The translations under genes were made by a program, and so were the position numbers. Source: Eledone cirrhosa (Eukaryota). Taken from it: 64,000 nt of DNA. Position 1 is the first letter of the stretch, and the number at the start of each line of letters is the position of its first letter. Shown piece by piece: positions 27,021 to 37,506 of the stretch. The stretch is from the NCBI GenBank assembly GCA_964016885.1, contig OZ024740.1, positions 322,524,001-322,588,000 on the forward strand, read 5' to 3'. The notes beneath the pieces were generated by a model. The model made no database searches. It worked only from the letters and a program-made list of their open reading frames with translations, and was not told where the DNA came from.

Positions 27021-27220
27021 NNNNNNNNNNNNNNNNNNNNNNNNNNNNNNNNNNNNNNNNNNNNNNNNNNNNNNNNNNNNNNNNNNNNNNNNNNNNNNNN
27101 NNNNNNNNNNNNNNNNNNNNNNNNNNNNNNNNNNNNNNNNNNNNNNNNNNNNNNNNNNNNNNNNNNNNNNNNNNNNNNNNNNNNNNNNNNNNNNNNNNNN
27201 NNNNNNNNNNNNNNNNNNNN
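27021..27220. other. assembly gap (200 N)
   Basis: Run of N. Confidence 1.
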
Positions 27221-27631
27221 GGCCTCTCTAGAGAATCGTAAAAGCACATATCGTTATATGCTTTTTCTATGAAAATTAGTAGTGGGCAGACTAATCCGCA
27301 CAGAGTGTGAGTAAGTACCGGTTCAACGGAGACGATAAAAACAAATAACGAAACGAAATTAAATTTCGTTTCGTTTGTAACTCACTTTTGTATGACTGAC
27401 GCTTAAACAATTAAGTTAAAGATGTACATCCATATATGTATACTGAAATACTAGTATGTATATGAATACACACACGTATACATATGTAGATGTACCAAGT
27501 TTTTTTCACTGGTCACTTTACTGTGAGTGGCCAGCTATTCTGTATGTAAACACACAGACAAACCGGTTTTTAGAGTCATACTGGTTTTTGAGGAAACACC
27601 TTTCCTCTATTCTCCAGAAAGCCAGACAAGG

Positions 27632-27676
27632 AATATTGAACTAGTTTCGTTGTTGTTACAACTCATCAGCAATATT
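27632..27676 (-). ncRNA. minimal type I hammerhead ribozyme (array copy 1)
   Basis: AAUAUUG-CUGAUGA-GUUGU(AACA)ACAAC-GAAA-CUAG-UU-CAAUAUU. Confidence 0.85.
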
Positions 27677-28099
27677 TACCTATCTTCCGGCCTCTCTAGA
27701 GAATCGTAAAAGCACATATCGTTATATGCTTTTTCTATGAAAATTAGTAGTGGGCAGACTAATCCGCACAGAGTGTGAGTAAGTACCGGTTCAACGGAGA
27801 CGATAAAAACAAATAACGAAACGAAATTAAATTTCGTTTCGTTTGTAACTCACTTTTGTATGACTGACGCTTAAACAATTAAGTTAAAGATGTACATCCA
27901 TATATGTATACTGAAATACTAGTATGTATATGAATACACACACGTATACATATGTAGATGTACCAAGTTTTTTTCACTGGTCACTTTACTGTGAGTGGCC
28001 AGCTATTCTGTATGTAAACACACAGACAAACCGGTTTTTAGAGTCATACTGGTTTTTGAGGAAACACCTTTCCTCTATTCTCCAGAAAGCCAGACAAGG

Positions 28100-28144
28100 A
28101 ATATTGAACTAGTTTCGTTGTTGTTACAACTCATCAGCAATATT
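28100..28144 (-). ncRNA. minimal type I hammerhead ribozyme (array copy 2)
   Basis: Identical to copy 1, +468 bp. Confidence 0.85.
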
Positions 28145-28567
28145 TACCTATCTTCCGGCCTCTCTAGAGAATCGTAAAAGCACATATCGTTATATGCTTT
28201 TTCTATGAAAATTAGTAGTGGGCAGACTAATCCGCACAGAGTGTGAGTAAGTACCGGTTCAACGGAGACGATAAAAACAAATAACGAAACGAAATTAAAT
28301 TTCGTTTCGTTTGTAACTCACTTTTGTATGACTGACGCTTAAACAATTAAGTTAAAGATGTACATCCATATATGTATACTGAAATACTAGTATGTATATG
28401 AATACACACACGTATACATATGTAGATGTACCAAGTTTTTTTCACTGGTCACTTTACTGTGAGTGGCCAGCTATTCTGTATGTAAACACACAGACAAACC
28501 GGTTTTTAGAGTCATACTGGTTTTTGAGGAAACACCTTTCCTCTATTCTCCAGAAAGCCAGACAAGG

Positions 28568-28612
28568 AATATTGAACTAGTTTCGTTGTTGTTACAACTC
28601 ATCAGCAATATT
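28568..28612 (-). ncRNA. minimal type I hammerhead ribozyme (array copy 3)
   Basis: Identical to copy 1, +936 bp. Confidence 0.85.
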
Positions 28613-29035
28613 TACCTATCTTCCGGCCTCTCTAGAGAATCGTAAAAGCACATATCGTTATATGCTTTTTCTATGAAAATTAGTAGTGGGCAGACTAATC
28701 CGCACAGAGTGTGAGTAAGTACCGGTTCAACGGAGACGATAAAAACAAATAACGAAACGAAATTAAATTTCGTTTCGTTTGTAACTCACTTTTGTATGAC
28801 TGACGCTTAAACAATTAAGTTAAAGATGTACATCCATATATGTATACTGAAATACTAGTATGTATATGAATACACACACGTATACATATGTAGATGTACC
28901 AAGTTTTTTTCACTGGTCACTTTACTGTGAGTGGCCAGCTATTCTGTATGTAAACACACAGACAAACCGGTTTTTAGAGTCATACTGGTTTTTGAGGAAA
29001 CACCTTTCCTCTATTCTCCAGAAAGCCAGACAAGG

Positions 29036-29080
29036 AATATTGAACTAGTTTCGTTGTTGTTACAACTCATCAGCAATATT
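29036..29080 (-). ncRNA. minimal type I hammerhead ribozyme (array copy 4)
   Basis: Identical to copy 1, +1404 bp. Confidence 0.85.
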
Positions 29081-29492
29081 TACCTATCTTCCGGCCTCTC
29101 TAGAGAATCGTAAAAGCACATATCGTTATATGCTTTTTCTATGAAAATTAGTAGTGGGCAGACTAATCCGCACAGAGTGTGAGTAAGTACCGGTTCAACG
29201 GAGACGATAAAAACAAATAACGAAACGAAATTAAATTTCGTTTCGTTTGTAACTCACTTTTGTATGACTGACGCTTAAACAATTAAGTTAAAGATGTACA
29301 TCCATATATGTATACTGAAATACTAGTATGTATATGAATACACACACGTATACATATGTAGATGTACCAAGTTTTTTTCACTGGTCACTTTACTGCTCTG
29401 TGCGGATTAGTCTGCCCACTACTAATTTTCATAGAAAAAGCATATAACGATATGTGCTTTTACGATTCTCTAGAGAGGCCGGAAGATAGGTA

Positions 29493-29537
29493 AATATTGC
29501 TGATGAGTTGTAACAACAACGAAACTAGTTCAATATT
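29493..29537 (+). ncRNA. minimal type I hammerhead ribozyme (array copy 5, inverted arm)
   Basis: Stem I AATATTG/CAATATT, CTGATGA 29500-29506, stem II GTTGT/ACAAC, GAAA 29521-29524, palindromic ACTAGT; predicted cut after 29530. Confidence 0.85.
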
Positions 29538-29960
29538 CCTTGTCTGGCTTTCTGGAGAATAGAGGAAAGGTGTTTCCTCAAAAACCAGTATGACTCTAAA
29601 AACCGGTTTGTCTGTGTGTTTACATACAGAATAGCTGGCCACTCACAGTAAAGTGACCAGTGAAAAAAACTTGGTACATCTACATATGTATACGTGTGTG
29701 TATTCATATACATACTAGTATTTCAGTATACATATATGGATGTACATCTTTAACTTAATTGTTTAAGCGTCAGTCATACAAAAGTGAGTTACAAACGAAA
29801 CGAAATTTAATTTCGTTTCGTTATTTGTTTTTATCGTCTCCGTTGAACCGGTACTTACTCACACTCTGTGCGGATTAGTCTGCCCACTACTAATTTTCAT
29901 AGAAAAAGCATATAACGATATGTGCTTTTACGATTCTCTAGAGAGGCCGGAAGATAGGTA

Positions 29961-30005
29961 AATATTGCTGATGAGTTGTAACAACAACGAAACTAGTTCA
30001 ATATT
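29961..30005 (+). ncRNA. minimal type I hammerhead ribozyme (array copy 6, inverted arm)
   Basis: Identical to copy 5, +468 bp. Confidence 0.85.
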
Positions 30006-30307
30006 CCTTGTCTGGCTTTCTGGAGAATAGAGGAAAGGTGTTTCCTCAAAAACCAGTATGACTCTAAAAACCGGTTTGTCTGTGTGTTTACATACAGAAT
30101 AGCTGGCCACTCACAGTAAAGTGACCAGTGAAAAAAACTTGGTACATCTACATATGTATACGTGTGTGTATTCATATACATACTAGTATTTCAGTATACA
30201 TATATGGATGTACATCTTTAACTTAACTTAATTGTTTAAGCGTCAGTCATACAAAAGTGAGTTACAAACGAAACGAAATTTAATTTCGTTTCGTTATTTG
30301 TTTTTAT

Positions 30308-30735
30308 ATAATTTATATATATATATATAATTTATATATATATATAATTTATATATATATATATAATTTATATATATATATATAATTTATATATATATAT
30401 ATAATTTATATATATATATATAATTTATATATATATATATAATTTATATAGATATATAATTTATATAGATATATAATTTATATAGATATATAATTTATAT
30501 AGATATATAATTTATATAGATATATAATTTATATATATATATAATTTATATACATATATAATTTATATACATATATAATTTATATACATATATAATTTAT
30601 ATACATATATAATTTATATACATATATAATTTATATACATATATAATTTATATACATATATAATTTATATACATATATAATTTATATACATATATAATTT
30701 ATATACATATATAATTTATATATATATATATATAT
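30308..30735. repeat. AT-rich microsatellite/minisatellite (TATATAATTTATATAC-like)
   Basis: Seen directly; continues at 31074-31364 after a SINE insertion. Confidence 0.9.
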
Positions 30736-31073
30736 CATCATCATCATCATTTAACGTCCACTTTTGCCCTGCTTGCAAGGGTGAGACGGGAACTGATGCT
30801 GGCTTGATTTCTACAGCTGGATGCCCTTCCTAACACCAACCTCATTTACAGTGAGTGCTGGGTGCTTTTTTTCCGTGGCACCTACACGACCACTTTGCAG
30901 TGGAATGATAGGGACCCCAGTCCCTATCATCTCATTTCTACAGCTGAGTAAACTGGAGCAATGTGAAATAAAGTCTCTTGCTGAAGGGAACAACACATTA
31001 CCCGGTCTGAGAATTGAACTCACAACCTTACGATTGCAAGGCCAATGCTCTAACCACTAAGCCACGTGCCTCC
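30736..31073 (-). mobile_element. tRNA-derived CORE-type SINE with RTE-type tail (family A)
   Basis: Head GGAGGCACGTGGCTTAGTGG (A box) ... GAGTTCAATTC (B box); MIR/CORE-like CCTT.AGCAAGA.ACTT...CCAGTTTACTCAGCTGTAGAAATG; (GAT)n tail. Confidence 0.85.
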
Positions 31074-31364
31074 ATATATATATATATAATTTATATATAT
31101 ATATATATATATAATTTATATATATATATATATATATAATTTATATATATATATATAATGTATATATATATATAATTTATATATATAATTTATATATATA
31201 ATGTATATATATATATATAATTTATATATATATATATAATGTATATATATATATATAATTTATATATATATATATAATGTATATATATATATAATTTATA
31301 TATATAATTTATATATATAATGTATATATATATATATAATTTATGTATGTATGTATATATATAT

Positions 31365-33941
31365 AGTAGAAAAATATGGAAGTTAAAGGACCCCACAGCC
31401 AGTAATAAATTTAAAAGCATATTACTTGATGCTTTTGATAGTAAGGAAGAGCAATTAGAGTCGTACAATATAGAGGAACATTGGGGATTCCTGAAAGCTA
31501 ACCTGCTGAAGGCGACATATGAAACCTGTGGCTGGAGCAGACCTATAGGCAGGAGGAGAGTAACTTGGTGGTGGAACAGTAAGGCCAAAAAGCAGGCTTG
31601 GAAAGTATGGCGGGATGGGGGAAGTAGAGAAGACTATCAAGTGGCCAGGAGGGAAGCTAGGAGACAAGTGTACTTCGCAAGAAGGGAAGCAGAGGAAATA
31701 AAGTTCAAGCATGTTCTACAACGTGAGGACCAAAAACGTGAGGTGTTCAGGATTGTTAGGCAATGTGTCAAGGAAAAGCGTGATATTGTTGGGGAGAAGT
31801 GTGTCCTTAATGATGATGGTGTACTTGCCATCACTGACGCTGATAAGAAGGTAGCTTGGAAGTGTCACTACGAAAGGCTACTAAATGAGGAGAATAATTG
31901 GGAGAAAGACAGTCTTCCCCACATCGATCCAATAGAGGGACCAGCAGTGCAAGTTGAAGGTAGTATAATAAGTAAGGCGATCAAAGACATGAAGACGGGC
32001 AAGGCGGCTGGGCCTTCGGAAATCGTTGCTGAAATGCTGAAAGCATCTGGAACGGTGGGACAAACTATGGTCACCCGGATAGTAAACCAAGTCATACAGA
32101 ATGGGGTCGTTCCGAAGGACTGGCGCAGCAGCACCATCATTAACTGCTACAAGGGTAAAGGAGATGCCCTAGATAGAGGAAACTATAGAGGCATTAAATT
32201 AATCGACCAGGTCATGAAGGTCACAGAAAAAGTAATCGCGCAACTAATCAGAGAGTGAATTGATCTAGATGAAATGCAGTTCGGGTTTGTGTCAGGTAAA
32301 AGTACAACAGACGCGCTTTTCATTGTACGAAACTACAGGAGAAGTACCTAGCTAAAAGTAAACCCCTATATTTAGCTTTTGTTGACTTGGAGAAAGCCTT
32401 TGACAGAGTACCCCGCTCGATTATCTGGTGGGCCCTTAGAAAACTAGGTTATGATGAATGGCTTGTGAGAGCTATACAAGCCATGTATAAAAAAATAGTC
32501 AGCAAGGTTAGAATTAACAACGAATATAGTGAAGAGTTTAGCGTAAAAGTTGGTGTTCATCAGGGCTCCGTCCTTAGCCCCCTACTATTTATTATTGCCC
32601 TTCAGGCTATAACAGTGGAGTTCAAGACCGGCTGCCCATGGGATCTTCTATACGCAGATGATCTAACGCTCATAGCTGAATCAATGGCTGAACTAGAGAA
32701 GAAATTCCAAACATGGAAGCATGGCCTAGAATCAAAAGGCCTTAAAATTAACCTGACTAAGACTAAAGTTCTAGTTTGTAGGAAGGAAAATCGGGCACTG
32801 GTCCCATCTGGGAAATGGCCATGCTCAGTGTGTAGGAAAGGAGTAGGCAGAAACTCCATTTTATGTCCCAAATGCAAAGTATGGGTGCATAAAAATGTAG
32901 TGGGTTCACAGGTAAGCTAAATAAGAATATAGATTTTATATGTGGCTGGTGCTCAGGTGAAATAAGTAGCAGCAAGTGCCCACAGAATACTAGCTCATTC
33001 CATTGCACAGAGGGTTCTATAGAAATAGTGGATAGCTTCCGTTACCTGGGTGACAAAATCAGCAGTGGGGGAGGGTGCTCTGAAAGTACAGTAGCTAGAG
33101 TCAGAACTGGATGGAAAAAGTTCAGAGAGCTTATAAAACTATTGGCCGCTAAAGTGTTCTCTCTTAAAATGAAAGGCAGGCTGTATGATGCCTGCATACG
33201 AACAGCAATGTTACATGGCAGTGAGACCTGGGCATTGTGTGCAGAGGATATACACAAACTGGAGAGGAACGAAGTTTGCATGCTCCGCTGGATGTGTAAT
33301 AGCAATATACGTGAATGGCAAAGCATAAACGAACTAAGGGAGAAATTAGGAATAAGAGGGATCAGATGCTATTTACTCGAGAGAAGACTACGTTGGTACG
33401 GTCACGTGATGCGCATGAAAGACAACAGCTGTATAAAAAAGTGCAGGGCAATAAAAATAGACAGTAACCACGGAGTAGGCAGACCCAGAAAAACCTGGGA
33501 CGACTTGATAAATTCCGACCTCACACACTTACACCTCTCCAAGACAATGTCACTGGACCGAGATCTTTGGCGCTACACAGTAATACAGAAGACCCGCCTT
33601 GCCTAAGTACAAAGCAAAACCTACAGTCAGTAGGCACCTCTAACCAAAATACACCCCTGTCCCACTACCCCCACCCCATCCACACCACCTCCTTCAATGT
33701 GAAGTTATGTTGGTACCACAACATCCAGTCCGCTGTAATGTGGCCGTGTAGGTAACACGGTAAAAACCTCCCAGTCCACACTGTAAACGTGGTTGGTGTT
33801 AGGAAGGGCATCCAGCCGTAGAAAACCCGCCACAGTCCTATACGAGCAGGACAACCAAATCTTGCCTCAAGTGGGAAAACTCCCGTCCAAACCCATGCAA
33901 GCGTGGAAGATGGACGTTAAACGATGATGATGATGATGATG
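31365..33941 (+). mobile_element. RTE LINE, 5'-truncated, frameshifted
   Basis: Collinear with 3295-5937; RT motifs; (GAT)n tail. Confidence 0.95.
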
Positions 33942-34163
33942 AAGATAAATTAACGGAGCCATAGAGTCGCGTTATTCCCTGTAAATTATGTGCTCAAAGG
34001 GAAAGGAATCCTATACATATTGTATATGTATATATATATGCATGTATATATATGTATATGTGTGTATGTATGTATATATATATGAATATATATATATATG
34101 TAATCTGAATTTTATAGATGTAATCTGAATAGTATGGTAGAATATTAAGTGTTAAATGTTAGT

Positions 34164-34202
34164 TGAACAAGTACTTTCATGCGTTCGCAATCTTCAGGTT
34201 CA
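34164..34202 (-). ncRNA. minimal hammerhead ribozyme in Penelope pLTR
   Basis: UGAAC-CUGAAGA-UUGC(GAAC)GCAU-GAAA-GUAC-UU-GUUCA. Confidence 0.8.
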
Positions 34203-35124
34203 TATTCTGTGGTGACAGTCAAGTTTGCAATTTTCAACTGTAATGAGACGGGTAAATTTTGTGCCTTATATACAGTGAAAAGCGGCTACAGAATGCTAAA
34301 TTTTGAAAACTGTATTTTGACCAATTGGTGTGTAGTTTCACTGGATTACTGAAGCTGATTGCTTTAGGTGTCATGGTTGGTTGAGCATGTCTAACGACTT
34401 CTATTTGACTCTATCCAAAGCATCAATTGTTTTGCTATTTTTAGAAATGATGTAAATAGCATTTTCTAGGGTTTTTATACCCCTAAGAATTATAATTGTT
34501 CATTTAGCTTGGGTTGGAATTTATCAATAAAATTCTTTTCTTTGATTTTTCTCTTGATTTCACTTGGCCTGTGTAATTTGTAGAATGGAAATATAAATAT
34601 TTTCTGACCACATGTTGCTAGATGGTTACTCAGGGGTATCTGACGGACATTTGGGTCTCTGATTTGCTGTTGGTGCAACTGTGCACGTTCCGATAGTGCA
34701 TTTCCAGTTTGACCGACATATAGTTCTTCACAATTCCGGCATTTAATGCAGTAAATTAGATTTCTGCTTTTGCAGTTGATATTTGCATTTGGGAATATTT
34801 TTCAAAATTCCAACCTAAGCTAAATGAACAATAATAATTCTTAGGAGTATAAAAACCCTAGAAAATGCTATTTTCATCATTTCTAAAAATAGCAAAACAA
34901 TTGATGCTTTGAATAGGGCCAAATAGAAGTCGTTAGACATGCCCAACCAACCGTGATGCCTAAACCAATCACCTTCAGTAATCAAGTGAAACTACACACT
35001 GATTGGTCGAAATACAGTTTGCAAAATTTAGCATTTTCTAGCTGCTTTTCACTGTATATAAGGCACAAAATTTACCCATCTCATTACAGTTGAAAATTGT
35101 AAACTTGACTGTCACCACAGAATA

Positions 35125-35163
35125 TGAACCTGAAGATTGCGAAAGCATGAAATTAATTGTTCA
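35125..35163 (+). ncRNA. minimal hammerhead ribozyme in inverted Penelope pLTR
   Basis: UGAAC-CUGAAGA-UUGC(GAAA)GCAU-GAAA-UUAA-UU-GUUCA. Confidence 0.78.
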
Positions 35164-35504
35164 ATTAACACTTAACACTTAACATTCTACCATACTATTT
35201 CATTCTAATACCATTATAATTTTAAAGGATTGTAAATAAAACGAGTAAATCAGACAAAGTTGGAATTCCTTTTATTAATATAATCTTCTATACACAATCA
35301 TACACACCCGTGTATATTTATTTATATATATATATATATATGTATATATATAGCTTTTAAGCTATTTTGTAGTATCTCTGTTCAGGAACACACCACTTAT
35401 ATTAAATTTATATGTTTTATATATATATTTTTTTTCGTTTAGATGGAAGACAAAACGAAGAAGATGAATACAAAGATGAAGAAGAGAAAGATAAAGATGA
35501 AGAA

Positions 35505-35758
35505 CCTCACTGCACAACACCACACTGCACCACACCGTACCACATCACACCACACCACATTAAAACATACCACACCACATAACACCACAACACTACTCCA
35601 CACCACATAACACCACAACACACCTCACTGCATCACACCACACTACTCCAGATAAAACACACCTCACTACTCCACACCACATAACACCACAACACAACAC
35701 ACCACTGCTCACTACAACACAACACACCACACTACTCCACACCACATAACACCCAACA
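35505..35758. repeat. (CACCA)n-type pentamer low-complexity repeat
   Basis: Seen directly; similar tracts at 36858-37143 and 40440-40650. Confidence 0.8.
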
Positions 35759-36099
35759 TTTTTTCCTCATCTTTTTTTCATGTGTTATCAACTAATCTGA
35801 TCTCCAAGATGTTTGTTATTGACTCTCTCTTCATGGAAAACTTAGGTGGATGCACTTCTCTCATTTAACCCCAGAGTTTTCTCTAAGATTTTTCGTATGT
35901 TATCAACGAATATGACCTCCAAACCAGTTGGAAATGATTAGTTGTTCTAGAAAAAAGGAGGGGTAAAGCAGGTGGAAAAACCATTGTCGTTTTGTAGATA
36001 TATACCCTAATGATTTTTCTTCGGTCTCCTTTTGAGTGCTATCAACTAATCTGACCTTTTAGTTGCTCTGAATCAATTTTTTTTTCCTGGGATTTGGAA

Positions 36100-36453
36100 A
36101 CTAAAACTAAATTAAACATAAAATTAAATCTAGCCCCAACCCTAAACTCTAAATCTAAACCAAACCAATCTAAATATAAACTATACCCCAACCATAAAAC
36201 TAAACCCTAAACATTACCCCAACTCCAAACCTAAACCCTAAACTTTACCCCAAACCTAAAATTAAACCCTAAACTTTACCCCAAACCTAAAACTAAACCC
36301 TAAACTTTACCCCAAACCTAAAATTAAACCCTAAACTTTACCCCAAACCTAAAACTAGACCCTAAACATTACCCCAACCCTAAAACTAAACCCTAAATAT
36401 TACCCCAACCCTAAAACTAAACCCTAAACATTACCCCAACCCTAAACCTAACC
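36100..36453. repeat. 30-31 bp satellite built from AAACCCT/AAACCT (telomere-like) units
   Basis: AAACCCTAAACTTTACCCCAAACCTAAAACT repeated. Confidence 0.85.
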
Positions 36454-37506
36454 CAGGGAAATAAGTTGATTGGAAGCATCTAGGAGGTCAGATTAATTAA
36501 TAGCACAGGAAATAGCATAGGAAATAGCATAGGAAATAGCACAGGAAATTAATAGTACAGGAAATATACCGAAAATGATTAAGTCCCACAACATGTGAGT
36601 GGGGTGTAGATCTGCAAAACTCTTCCCCTCTCCCTCTCCTCTTTCTCCAAAGCTAGTTGTTTTTGACTGGTTTGGAAGTCATATTCACTGATAACGCATG
36701 AAAATAGAATCAAAGAGAAAATTCTGAGAAATCAGGGGTTATCCGGGTGAAGGGGGAACCACCTCACCCCGCCGTTTTCCTGGGGGGAAAAAGTCAGTTT
36801 CAAGCATCTTGGAGATTGGATTAGTTGATAGCACATGAAAAATAGGATGAAAAAATTTCACATCACATCACACCACATCAAATCACTCCGCACGCCATCA
36901 CATCACACCACATCTCACCTCATCACATCTCATCTCCTTGCCTCGCCTCATTTCACCACGCCACACCACATCACATCACATTTCACCATGCCATGCCACA
37001 TCACCTCACATGCCATCACACCACATGCTACCACACTCCACTACACCATATCCCCCACCCTACATTGAACCACACTCCACTTCACCACACCACTGTCAAC
37101 TACACTACACCACACCACTGTACACTACACTACACCACACCACTGTCTATTCGATTGTTTCTATTTCGTAGGTATGTCCAGTTACAGTAAGAGAAAGAAA
37201 GTTATTTCAAAGGATCTGAGTAAGTAAACACTTCATTGACCATCATTTTAAGCAGAATCTCAGTGTAGTTTTAAATTGACCTTTTCATATGATTACACCT
37301 CAGTCTTAACTTAATCACCTGTAGATGGATGCTACATGTAATGTTAAAATTAGTTAAACACTGTTTCCCCCTTCTCATCACATGTGGATGCTACATGTGT
37401 ATTGTTAACATTAATCTAATGTTGTGTGTCCCCCCCTGCCTCACCATATCATACCACACCACATCACACCATGTACCACACCAGACCACATAACACTATG
37501 CTATAC

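Larger units (their letters stand above)
27221..30307. mobile_element. 468-bp hammerhead-containing tandem array (retrozyme / Penelope pLTR-like) with internal inversion
   Basis: ~4.65 units in one orientation (27221-29395) and ~1.95 units inverted (29396-30307). Units essentially identical, each full unit with a hammerhead core; flanked by TA microsatellite. Confidence 0.85.
34128..35200 (-). mobile_element. Penelope-like element remnant: GIY-YIG endonuclease C-terminus + pLTR with inverted partial duplicate
   Basis: Minus frame 34794-34490 reads NCKSRNLIYCIKCRNCEELYVGQTGNALSERAQLH...KEKNFIDKFQPKLN (GIY-YIG). 34805-35200 is an inverted copy of 34128-34522. Confidence 0.88.

Noticed and set aside
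26957-27249. ORFs spanning the N gap
   Set aside because: Artefacts of translating Ns and (TA)n.
27456-30181. Repeated 60-62 aa ORFs in the 468-bp array
   Set aside because: No recognisable domain; they recur only because the unit repeats. The RNA structure explains the unit better.
27221-30307. CRISPR array, snRNA/5S cluster or mitochondrial insertion
   Set aside because: No repeat-spacer alternation, eukaryotic context, and no recognisable snRNA, 5S, tRNA or mitochondrial gene sequence.
30985-31073. tRNA gene (also 44658-44730)
   Set aside because: A and B boxes are present, but there is no proper acceptor stem and the sequence runs into a SINE body and tail.
36100-36453. True telomere or interstitial TTAGGG array
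   Set aside because: The unit is a degenerate 30-31-mer, not canonical (TTAGGG)n, and lies inside a gene intron.
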